Shown here piece by piece: positions 38,479-46,621 of a stretch of DNA of 64,000 nucleotides; the stretch's first letter is position 1; each line of letters begins with the position of its first letter. The translations under genes were made by a program, and so were the position numbers. The stretch covers positions 844 to 64,843 of the forward strand of contig CAZLVJ010000002.1 of NCBI GenBank assembly GCA_964562935.1. The letters are read 5' to 3'. Below the pieces are notes generated by a model. The model saw only the letters and a program-made list of their open reading frames with translations, did no database searches and was not told the origin of the DNA. This stretch comes from an uncultured Nitrososphaerota archaeon (lineage in GTDB: Archaea > Thermoproteota > Methanomethylicia > Nezhaarchaeales > WYZ-LMO8).

Positions 38479-40555
38479 AAGCCTTCGTGAAATGCTCGAC
38501 GTCTGATGGGGGGCTTAATGTTAGTGAACTAAACAACGCCTTTAACTCTTCGTATTCCCTTCTCAACGTATTATGACTATTTCCTAGCCCTAAAAGCTTG
38601 AAAATCGAGGGTGATTTAAAAACGTCGTCTAAGATGATTTTGTGTAAATCTCTTTCGGGGCTCCATTTGAATATCAAACTTAGAGGGATGTCGAGGGGGT
38701 CGGTGGAGGTCGATTCTAAGGTACCAATAGCCCACACCTCTGCGACACGCCTTAGAATTTTAGAGCCCCGATAACACTTCACCATGTGGACTATTAAGTC
38801 TATGCCGCTCAAATCCTCCTTCGAGATACCGCAATGCAGTAGCAGGCGCCTTATTAAGCCAGAGGCCGAGGAGGCGTGGCATGTATGTACTCCTCGAAGA
38901 CCCGCTGCCACAGCGTGAAATAAAGCTTTGAAGTGTTCCTTTGACTGCAACTCCCCTAAGCAGACCCAGTCGGGAGTTCTGTGCAAAAGCTTTATTATCT
39001 CCATAGATTTTTTACGAGTCTTCTCTGCCACTTCAAAAGGCTCAACATAAAGTCTAAGTTGATGGCGACCTTGGTCTCTTTGATCTAAGCTCTCAACGAC
39101 GTCCTCTACGTAGACTTTACGCCAGTATTTGGGGGTGCACAAATCAAGAGCGTTCATTAGCGTAGTTTTTCCGGTCCCAGGTTCACCACAAATTATGATG
39201 TTTCTCCTATTTATAACGTGCAAAACTAAGAAGGCTGCCTCTTCTAACGACAATACATTATTGAGGACAAGGTCCACTATTGTGTAGACCCTATGCCTTA
39301 GCTTTCGAAGGTCGAGCGAGGGACCTTCGTGAGAAAGAGGAGGTACATCTATTGATGTCCTGACGATAAAATCGCCTAACCTTAGGTTCCACTTCAGTGA
39401 AGGATTTAAATAACTTAGTGGCAATTTGCTTTCAAGCAACACGTGATTTATAAAGCGTTGCACATCCTTGCTCGTTAGTGTTACATTGGTCACGCATCTC
39501 CCAACTTCTTCATGATCTACGTACACCTTTGTCCCAGGCTTGTCGAGGTAAACCTCATCGACGTGCCCATCCAGTAAAAAAGGCATCAATTTATGAACCC
39601 CCAAGGCTCTATACGCTGAGAAGAGCGCGACCTTCTTAATCAAAGGGTCATCCCCGCGGACTAAGCCCTTGGTCTTCACGATGTCTTCGAACATGTCCTT
39701 TAAAAGGCATATCTTGTACCATAAAGAGTCTTGCCTTATCATTTTGTCTAGGATCCCTCCACCGACGCTATCAATTAACATATCTGAGAGGTACTTTGCT
39801 GCGTAAGGCAAGTTTAACGATACGCGGTATAGGTGTTCAGACGATTGAAAGTCGTATATCTCTATATCGAAGACGTCTACCTCGTAACTTTTAATTGGAA
39901 ATCCTTTGTGGTACTCGTCGATAAAAGCTATTTTCATAACTTTCTGTGGACGAAATATCTCTTTATAAATTTCATTTTCAAACATATAATAACTGTTCTT
40001 AGATAGGAGAACAAATTGCGACTCTTCGATTTCCTTTAGAGAGGATGCTAGGAGAGATTTGAGCTCTTTAGCGCACCTTCTATTCCTACATCGCACTTTA
40101 TTGGCCTCGCAGAAAGCTAGACGTAGGAAGTCATAAAAGGCAAGGGGGTTGGTATAGGCGAGGCCTGTATTGTCAAAAAATGATAGATGATCTTTACAGT
40201 CAGCAACACTCCTATACAGTACGCATGAGTAAGAGCATCGAGGATCGTGGAAGGATTGCTTGGTCCAGAGCTTCATGAAATTTTTCCTAAGTTTAGAGAG
40301 CCTATGAGAGTAATCGCTCAATAATTTTATGGTCGAGGGGCTGTATTTTACGAGAGAGCCTTTCTCTTGGACTAGAAGAAGGGTCTTTTTTGAGCTTCCG
40401 CTTAGCAATGACAACCTTAGGAGGAGCTTGCCCCTGCACGCCTCCTTACCCACTAAATCCGGTTCATCGCCTCGACATCTCACGATGATGACCGTCCTCT
40501 CTTTCTTAAACAGCACTTTAACACAGTCTTCGTTAATACAATGAGACGTCATCAT
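38429..40555 (-). CDS. TadA/CpaF/FlaI-family type IV filament secretion ATPase with long Cys-rich N-terminal extension
   Basis: 708 aa; Walker A IIICGEPGTGKTT, Walker B/His-box PDWVCLGELQSKEHFKALFHAVAAGLRGVHTCHASSA typical of VirB11/TadA/FlaI; about 170 N-terminal residues with at least 10 Cys. Confidence 0.65.
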   Translation of the reverse strand: MMTSHCINEDCVKVLFKKERTVIIVRCRGDEPDLVGKEACRGKLLLRLSLLSGSSKKTLLLVQEKGSLVKYSPSTIKLLSDYSHRLSKLRKNFMKLWTKQSFHDPRCSYSCVLYRSVADCKDHLSFFDNTGLAYTNPLAFYDFLRLAFCEANKVRCRNRRCAKELKSLLASSLKEIEESQFVLLSKNSYYMFENEIYKEIFRPQKVMKIAFIDEYHKGFPIKSYEVDVFDIEIYDFQSSEHLYRVSLNLPYAAKYLSDMLIDSVGGGILDKMIRQDSLWYKICLLKDMFEDIVKTKGLVRGDDPLIKKVALFSAYRALGVHKLMPFLLDGHVDEVYLDKPGTKVYVDHEEVGRCVTNVTLTSKDVQRFINHVLLESKLPLSYLNPSLKWNLRLGDFIVRTSIDVPPLSHEGPSLDLRKLRHRVYTIVDLVLNNVLSLEEAAFLVLHVINRRNIIICGEPGTGKTTLMNALDLCTPKYWRKVYVEDVVESLDQRDQGRHQLRLYVEPFEVAEKTRKKSMEIIKLLHRTPDWVCLGELQSKEHFKALFHAVAAGLRGVHTCHASSASGLIRRLLLHCGISKEDLSGIDLIVHMVKCYRGSKILRRVAEVWAIGTLESTSTDPLDIPLSLIFKWSPERDLHKIILDDVFKSPSIFKLLGLGNSHNTLRREYEELKALFSSLTLSPPSDVEHFTKAFDDFLKKLTKEGVYAI

Positions 40556-40577
40556 CGTACTAGTCTCAACTAAGGCG

Positions 40578-40586
40578 TTTTATAGA
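40578..40586 (-). promoter_or_regulatory. TATA-like box (tctataaaa on minus strand) about 27 nt upstream of ATPase ATG; leaderless-type promoter
   Basis: Position and AT-rich sequence. Confidence 0.3.
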
Positions 40587-40711
40587 CCAACATAGCTGGT
40601 TAGCGAGTCGCCTACTACCGCAGGAGAGATGCGCACATTTGTTTTGCTGAGCCGAAAGGTTTTAGCCTATGCTCGAAGGACTACACTTAAGCCCGACCTT
40701 AGCATTCTAAT

Positions 40712-41449
40712 ATGACTCAAAGGGGGCCGCATTATATGTCAGTGAGCGTCGTGTTGAAGGAGCGCATACCTAGGGACTCGATATTCGTCACAGGATTTCA
40801 AGGGATGGGGATCGCGGGGTATATAGCCGTTAGGCACATGATTCGTGCGTTAAACGCTAAGCCCCTAGGTTTTATTATGCTAAAGAGAATGCCTCCTTAC
40901 GTGTGGATGGAGGGCAACAGGCTCGCAACTCCTATGCAACTCTTTGGATACCAAAACTATGTCTTCATGCTAGTAGAGTTCATGCCCCCAATGCCAGACT
41001 TGTACGTGTTCGTAGATAAGATCTGTGAATGGATTTCTGAAACATTTATTGAGGCATTCCTCATTGGAGGCCTTGACCTAAGGGTCAGAAAAGAGGGAGA
41101 GAGCGAGAGAGCAAAGTTCGCAGCTACTACTAAGGCCATAGACAAGGTGCTTAAGCAAGGGTATAGAGTATTAGATAGTGGCCTGTACATCACAGGCCCT
41201 TTGGCACTGATGCTCATGAAGTTTGAGCAATTAAATTTCCCAGCTTTAGCGGTATTGGCCTATGCTAATGCTTCAAGGCCCGACCCTATGGCCGCAGCAA
41301 TAGCCATTCAGTACTTCAGTGAAATGTACGGAGTTAAAGTGGACGTCGATGAGTTGATAAGAGATGCACAAAGAATAGAAGCCGAAATAGAGGAGAGCCT
41401 AAGGAGAAGGCAGGAAAAAGTCACGGAGATGAGTGCTCTATACATTTAA
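40712..41449 (+). CDS. PAC2-family (proteasome assembly chaperone-like) protein
   Basis: 245 aa; FVTGFQGMGIAGYIAVRHMI resembles the PAC2 GFPGxGxVG motif. Confidence 0.45.
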   Translation: MTQRGPHYMSVSVVLKERIPRDSIFVTGFQGMGIAGYIAVRHMIRALNAKPLGFIMLKRMPPYVWMEGNRLATPMQLFGYQNYVFMLVEFMPPMPDLYVFVDKICEWISETFIEAFLIGGLDLRVRKEGESERAKFAATTKAIDKVLKQGYRVLDSGLYITGPLALMLMKFEQLNFPALAVLAYANASRPDPMAAAIAIQYFSEMYGVKVDVDELIRDAQRIEAEIEESLRRRQEKVTEMSALYI

Positions 41450-41472
41450 AGTGATTAGATCATCGAGTTGTT

Positions 41473-43074
41473 TTAACGACCTTCGATAAGCTCCCTCAAT
41501 AAGAGGAGTAGGTTCTCTAGATCCTCGGTGGTGTAAAGTTTTTTTGAGTGTAGGACTTTAACATTGTTACACGACCCCTTGCATGCAACCTCCAAGTACT
41601 TGCTCCATCGTCTTACATCATTATAAAGGAGTATTGCTTTGGGCTCGAAAATCCTTAGAAGCTTTTTCGCCTTAGAGCTCACGTACATTTTAGATAACGC
41701 ATCAAGCTTGCTAGGTGCCTCATATTGTGACAGGGGGAAAACTCCATTAAGCTCGAGAGGGACTAAGCAAAAAGGGTAATCGTAGAGGAGCACTTTGACG
41801 TTTTTATGATTTTTAAAGCCGTGACTTATTCTCTCAATTAGTTTTTTAACGAAGCCGTCGAATAGCGGATCGTCCTCCTTGGGTATTAGAACCAAGACCT
41901 TTCCATGAAAATGACTCAGACAGTTCTTAAGATTTTTAAAGTGTCTTATGACTTTAGGCCTAAAGACGTCATAATAATCGTAGAAAAACAAACCAGAGAT
42001 GGAGGGTTTGGTCCTAGGGTCAAGACGTTCAAGAAAATGTCTATATCTCTTGAACTTTAAGAAGGCCAGGAAAAGCCTTGGATGAGCTCTTGATCTCAAA
42101 GAGACATACTCCCATAGCGATCCCTCTCTTATCGACTGTTTGATCCTCCGAATCTCGCCTATAATTGTGTAGAGGTTATGCAAGGCTAGCAACTTTACAC
42201 GTAGACTTGATGGCATTTCGGTGAGTTCTTGCGGTGTATGCTTCGAGCATATGGGACATGAGCAAGGGAAGTGTTCCAAATCCCGTAATCTGTAGGTGCC
42301 GTAAGGTGTCACGTATCTGTCCTCCTTGGCATAGAGGATGTAAGAGGCAGAGTCGAAGAGGTCGCAACCTAATGCTACGGCCATCGAAAGCATCATTGGA
42401 TGGCCTGCACCAAACAAATGTATTGGTTTCTCTAGCGACAACACTACCTTGGAAGTATATATGATGTCGACCAATGCTTCGTAGTTGTATGTTTCCATAA
42501 TTGTCGTTGGGCTTCCAATCGCATAGATGTCGAAGTTTAATGTCGAGAGCTGTTTGGCGCAGTACTTTACCAGGTCTATGTAAGGTGCTCCTTGGACGGG
42601 TCCGACCCATAACACAGTCTCATCGCTCTTGATGGAGCGCAAGGCCTTAGCCCTCTTTATGGTTTCATTTACTCTGCGCAGAGCTTCATCATAAGACGTT
42701 GCCCCCGTAGGATAGTCAAGTATCACTGCTATGTCGCTACCGCACTTTTCTTGTAGGACTACAGCTTCCTCAGGAGTTATATCGACGTTTCCATAGACTA
42801 GTAATTGATAAGCCCCCGAATCTGTCATTACGGGCCCGGGAAAGCCTAGTAGGTCGTGTACGTCAACTACCTTGAGCTCTTGAAAAGCTCTTCGTACGTG
42901 TAAGATGTTCGTTATAAAGGCGTTGAATCCAAGCTCCTCGATCTCCTTCACTGTTATCGTAGTGTCAAATGGATTTATCACTGGAAAGAGGTAAGGAGTC
43001 TCTATCGTACCTCTCCTTGTCCTAAGCCTTCCCAATCTCCCCGCCAGGTCTTTGTCTAAAACTTCAAAGCTCAT
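41473..43074 (-). CDS. tgtA: Archaeosine tRNA-guanine transglycosylase (ArcTGT)
   Basis: 533 aa; MSFEVLDKDLAGRLGRLRTRRGTIETPYLFPVINP TGT N-terminus; CSCPICSK zinc site. Confidence 0.85.
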   Translation of the reverse strand: MSFEVLDKDLAGRLGRLRTRRGTIETPYLFPVINPFDTTITVKEIEELGFNAFITNILHVRRAFQELKVVDVHDLLGFPGPVMTDSGAYQLLVYGNVDITPEEAVVLQEKCGSDIAVILDYPTGATSYDEALRRVNETIKRAKALRSIKSDETVLWVGPVQGAPYIDLVKYCAKQLSTLNFDIYAIGSPTTIMETYNYEALVDIIYTSKVVLSLEKPIHLFGAGHPMMLSMAVALGCDLFDSASYILYAKEDRYVTPYGTYRLRDLEHFPCSCPICSKHTPQELTEMPSSLRVKLLALHNLYTIIGEIRRIKQSIREGSLWEYVSLRSRAHPRLFLAFLKFKRYRHFLERLDPRTKPSISGLFFYDYYDVFRPKVIRHFKNLKNCLSHFHGKVLVLIPKEDDPLFDGFVKKLIERISHGFKNHKNVKVLLYDYPFCLVPLELNGVFPLSQYEAPSKLDALSKMYVSSKAKKLLRIFEPKAILLYNDVRRWSKYLEVACKGSCNNVKVLHSKKLYTTEDLENLLLLLRELIEGR

Positions 43075-43075
43075 A

Positions 43076-43576
43076 TCACGTCTTGCTTTGAGATTGCTTC
43101 GAAGCTATGAACTCCTCAAATATCTTCTTAACTCTTTCAGCTACTGGTCCTGAGCCCTCAATAACTCCTGACTCCGTCACTCTAACTCTATCCATTACCG
43201 TTATGACGCCGACATCTTCGTGTAGGACAACCATGTTCGGAAAGGCTTTTTCAAGGGCTTCTGCTAGACCCTTAAGGTCGAAGGGCTCTTCCAGTCTTAA
43301 GATCTGAGCTACGTAATGGCCGTTAATGAGTACCCTTGCATACGCATTCCCTTTCTCGTCTTTAGCGCTCGCTAATATGAGCGTCAGAGTGCTCTGGTCG
43401 TAAGCTATGAGCTTGCCCTCATACGATGAACCGCTTGCTGTAATAACCCTTACTTTTTTGTCTAATAAGGAAGACAACTCTGTCGAGAACCTCCGCACGG
43501 CCAGGGGTTGAAAACTACTCACTTCATACAACACCTCACAGCTTTTTGCCGAGCCTAGAGTTTGTAGGGGACGCAA
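43076..43576 (-). CDS. Sm-like archaeal protein, SmAP3-type (Sm domain + C-terminal domain)
   Basis: 166 aa; Sm1-like LLDKKVRVITASGSSYEGKLIAYDQSTLTLILASAKD and Sm2-like ARVLINGHYVAQI. Confidence 0.5.
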   Translation of the reverse strand: MRPLQTLGSAKSCEVLYEVSSFQPLAVRRFSTELSSLLDKKVRVITASGSSYEGKLIAYDQSTLTLILASAKDEKGNAYARVLINGHYVAQILRLEEPFDLKGLAEALEKAFPNMVVLHEDVGVITVMDRVRVTESGVIEGSGPVAERVKKIFEEFIASKQSQSKT

Positions 43577-43624
43577 ATTAATTTATATCCTCAATGAGGT
43601 ATTTCTCTTTGCGAGGTGCGCTAA

Positions 43625-44002
43625 ATGGCAAACGGCATTTTGATGGACGTCGAAGCCGAGGTTAGTAAGGTAGAAAAAAGCGGATCAAAGGACTTAAGCG
43701 TAGTCAAATTGATTACATTGGATGGCACGAATATCAGCTTAGAGGTCCCTCACCCTCTTCTACAATTAAAGGGGGGAGAAAAAATACGCCTAGTCATAAG
43801 CACAGATCCTAACATCGAGCACGACGTGAATGGCCTGCTCCTATGCACGATATACAGCATTGAAAAGATCAAGAGCGGAAAAGAGGAGAGGACCTTTGTT
43901 TATGGATCCATCGGGGGGCTTCAAGCCAGAATGGAGGGCAAAGGACTCCACAAAAAGTTTAAAATGGGGGACAAAGTTTACTTGGGTATTAAATTGCTGT
44001 AA
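43625..44002 (+). CDS. rpoG: RNA polymerase subunit Rpo8 (RpoG)
   Basis: 125 aa; KLITLDGTNISLEVPH...EKIRLVIS pattern resembles crenarchaeal Rpo8 OB fold. Confidence 0.45.
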   Translation: MANGILMDVEAEVSKVEKSGSKDLSVVKLITLDGTNISLEVPHPLLQLKGGEKIRLVISTDPNIEHDVNGLLLCTIYSIEKIKSGKEERTFVYGSIGGLQARMEGKGLHKKFKMGDKVYLGIKLL

Positions 44003-44156
44003 AATATACTTTCACTGACCTCTCTCTGCCTATAGTTTTAAAATATCATCAACATGCGCCTACCCTTTTCCGGAAGCTTTATTGTTAATGCTCGTTTAGT
44101 GAGTACAACACAAACTTTAATTTTTAATTTTAAGTTGCGGGCCTTAGTGATGAAAA

Positions 44157-45122
44157 TTGCTTAGAGCAACTTGTGAGGAGTGCGGTGGGACTTTAATCCT
44201 CTCAGAAAGCGGAGAGTATGTCTGTGAGGCCTGCGGGCTCGTCTATGAGGAAACTAAGACGTTCCCACCTCGTAGTTTGACGGCCTGTGGTAAGAGGGGT
44301 GCACAACACTTTGAAGTGCTCAACAAAACACCTTTTAAAGTTCCGATATTTTGGCGTAATGCGTTTAGCAATGACAATATCGAAAAGATTAAGGCGATGG
44401 AGCGTTTTAGCAAGTTAGACTTCGTCCAGCGATATTGCATAGACAAGCTCTCTTTAAGGGCAATCCGAAGAGCTTACGCCGTTTTGCTATCCCTATGCTC
44501 GCTCCTTCCGGTTCAATTATCATCAACTATCAAGAGAAGGTCTCTAGAGGTGTACTACAACGCTGTCTTAAGATTGAGGAGCACGAGGAAAAATCACGTA
44601 GCGCTAATGACGGCCAGCTTTTATGTAGCTGTGAGGGAAAGGTATAGAAATTTTGACCTAACTCTAAAGCAAATAATACTTCACTTAAGGAAGATGGGCG
44701 TAAGCATTTCTATCAGCGACATATTCAGAGCAATCTTCTTGTTAAGAAAGGTCCTAGGCGTCGTTTTAAAGCCTAGAAACCCAGAGGAGTTGTTATCCAT
44801 CGCTATAAGAAAGATTATGAGAGATGAGAGGGTCAAGGAAAAGTTGTTGAGAAATAACATAGATTCTCACCTATACTCAAAAGAGCTCTACAGTGAGGCT
44901 TCTCTATTGCTTAAAAAAGTTAAATGTAGCAAAAGTCCTTTATCGCTTGTAGCCACAGCTGTATATACTGCTGACAAAATCTTGGTTTTAAAACATCAAT
45001 GGAAAGACGTGCTGACACAAAAATCTTTAAGCTCCATATTAAACGTTAGCCCCTTCACCATTAGAGAGCTATATTACAAAATATTTAGAAAGTACATCTT
45101 TGGTGATCGGAGTGAGGAGTAA
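44157..45122 (+). CDS. tfb: Transcription factor B paralog (TTG start; Zn ribbon + two cyclin-like repeats)
   Basis: 321 aa; N-terminal TCEECGGTLILSESGEYVCEACGLVYEE ribbon; cyclin-fold-like ALMTASFYVAVRE and SLVATAVYTADKI...FTIRELYYKI. Confidence 0.65.
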   Translation: MLRATCEECGGTLILSESGEYVCEACGLVYEETKTFPPRSLTACGKRGAQHFEVLNKTPFKVPIFWRNAFSNDNIEKIKAMERFSKLDFVQRYCIDKLSLRAIRRAYAVLLSLCSLLPVQLSSTIKRRSLEVYYNAVLRLRSTRKNHVALMTASFYVAVRERYRNFDLTLKQIILHLRKMGVSISISDIFRAIFLLRKVLGVVLKPRNPEELLSIAIRKIMRDERVKEKLLRNNIDSHLYSKELYSEASLLLKKVKCSKSPLSLVATAVYTADKILVLKHQWKDVLTQKSLSSILNVSPFTIRELYYKIFRKYIFGDRSEE

Positions 45123-45441
45123 GGTGGTAAAATTGACTTTAGAGAACTTACTAGAGGTGTTGTTAAGCCACGGCATCCAACTACAAAAGATCGAGGAAAT
45201 GATGGCGGAGTTGGGCATCCCTCGAAGTTACATCGAAAGAGCGTTAGCGAACATAATAACGATATTCCCCCAAAAGGGGGTAAAAGAAGGAAAGGAACTG
45301 GGCAACTTAAGCGAGAGAAGGAGAAATTTTGACGAGCAAGCAGAGCTGACAGCACAAATAAGAGAAGTGAAAGAGCTAATCGAAAAAGTCTATAACAAGT
45401 TGTTCTTGACTCGTGATAGTGATGGGCCGGCCCGGACTTGA
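45100..45441 (+). CDS. Hypothetical small protein
   Basis: 113-aa ORF; 3' end overlaps antisense tRNA-Val; no recognisable motif. Confidence 0.2.
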   Translation: MVIGVRSKVVKLTLENLLEVLLSHGIQLQKIEEMMAELGIPRSYIERALANIITIFPQKGVKEGKELGNLSERRRNFDEQAELTAQIREVKELIEKVYNKLFLTRDSDGPART

Positions 45442-45496
45442 ACCGGGGACCTCCCGCGTGTGAGGCGGGCGTTCTAACCAGCTGAACTACCGGCCC
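45424..45496 (-). tRNA. tRNA-Val (anticodon CAC), no intron, CCA not encoded
   Basis: Reverse complement GGGCCGGTAGTTCAGCTGGTTAGAACGCCCGCCTCACACGCGGGAGGTCCCCGGTTCAAGTCCGGGCCGGCCC folds as cloverleaf with anticodon loop CTCACAC. Confidence 0.8.
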
Positions 45497-45527
45497 TCCA
45501 AGAGAGGGGAGGCCGCAGAGCTTAAAG

Positions 45528-45689
45528 TTACTTCTGTACTGAGCGCTTCTTCCATCTTAAGTCATAGGAGCGGCACTTCCGACATCTCTCAGCTGTAGGA
45601 GCGTTTCGAGCGCCACACCTTCGACAGATTTTCACCATCAGCAACTTCTTTTGGGCTATCTGCAACTTAAGCGGATCAGCTATCGGCAT
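45528..45689 (-). CDS. rpl40e: 50S ribosomal protein L40e (small ORF missing from ORF track)
   Basis: Own translation MPIADPLKLQIAQKKLLMVKICRRCGARNAPTAERCRKCRSYDLRWKKRSVQK; C4 pattern typical of L40e. Confidence 0.7.
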   Translation of the reverse strand: MPIADPLKLQIAQKKLLMVKICRRCGARNAPTAERCRKCRSYDLRWKKRSVQK

Positions 45690-45806
45690 GGGAGAGACCT
45701 CCCGAGCTCTTCTTTAGGGTCTACCAGATAAATTTATCCTTGACTTTACGTGGGATGAGTTTAAGAAGCATTATAACCCCAGACTCTAATGTAAGATAGC
45801 GAAAAA

Positions 45807-46091
45807 TTGGGAGAGGGTATGAAAGAGAACGTCGTGATAGTTGGACAGAAACCCACTATGAATTACGTCCTCGCGTGCCTCACACTATTTCACCAAGGGT
45901 TCGGCGAAGTGACTATAAGGGCCAGAGGGAGGGCGATATCGAAGGCCGTTGACGTCGCAAATATCGTAAAGGAAAAATTTATTCCTACTGCTAAGGTTAA
46001 GAGTCTAGAGCTTGGTAACGAGAGGATCGTGACAGAGAGGGGGGACGTCGTTAGCTTAAGCACCATAGTGATAACATTATCGAAAGAGTGA
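45807..46091 (+). CDS. albA: Chromatin protein Alba
   Basis: 94 aa; NVVIVGQKPTMNYVLACLTLFHQGFGEVTIRARGRAISKAVDVANIV canonical Alba. Confidence 0.85.
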   Translation: MGEGMKENVVIVGQKPTMNYVLACLTLFHQGFGEVTIRARGRAISKAVDVANIVKEKFIPTAKVKSLELGNERIVTERGDVVSLSTIVITLSKE

Positions 46092-46101
46092 GGGGTACGA
46101 G

Positions 46102-46602
46102 TTGCAATTCCCAATATGCTACTTTTGCTTGAAGACAGGACTCTTATGCAAGACTTGCGATGAAAAGTTGAGAAAGGGCGAGATAACGAGGCTTGATATA
46201 GAGGTTGCTAAGTGGTTTCTGAATAACGAAGGAAAATATCCACAACTTAAGGACTGTACGTTCCATAAAGCTGTCCAGAAGAACGGCCTATTGGTCGTGC
46301 TTATTGGGTGTAAAAATAGGGGGCTCGCCACCCTTTGGAGAAAGATAGGTAAGGCGCTAAGCGACGAAAAAGGGGTTAATGTTAGAGTAGTTGAGAAAAC
46401 TACCTCTCTAAGAAGCCTCTTGAGCCAGCTATTGTTTCCAGCCAAAGTAATCTCACTAAACACCATTTGGTTACCGGACGGCTCGTGTGAAAGTACCGTC
46501 AAGATCGCGCCAGAGGACTTAAAGAGGTTGCCCGCGGATGCAAAGGTGCTGGAAGAAGTGATACGTGAGTTGGTAGGAGAAATCGTTTATATTGCTACTT
46601 GA
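46102..46602 (+). CDS. Zn-ribbon + KH-like (NusA-like) RNA-binding protein
   Basis: 166 aa; N-terminal CYFCLKTGLLCKTCDEK; C-terminal ...LLFPAKVISLN...DGSCESTVKIAPEDL resembles the archaeal NusA KH region. Confidence 0.35.
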   Translation: MQFPICYFCLKTGLLCKTCDEKLRKGEITRLDIEVAKWFLNNEGKYPQLKDCTFHKAVQKNGLLVVLIGCKNRGLATLWRKIGKALSDEKGVNVRVVEKTTSLRSLLSQLLFPAKVISLNTIWLPDGSCESTVKIAPEDLKRLPADAKVLEEVIRELVGEIVYIAT

Positions 46603-46621
46603 TAAATAGCGCTTCTGACGG

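Noticed and set aside
44140-44160. GTGATGA C-box-like motif (possible C/D sRNA)
   Set aside because: No matching D/D' boxes (CTGA) at the right spacing. It overlaps the tfb start region.
45497-45806. 310-nt gap between tRNA-Val and alba as a possible long ncRNA
   Set aside because: It is largely explained by the small rpl40e gene on the minus strand plus the alba promoter.
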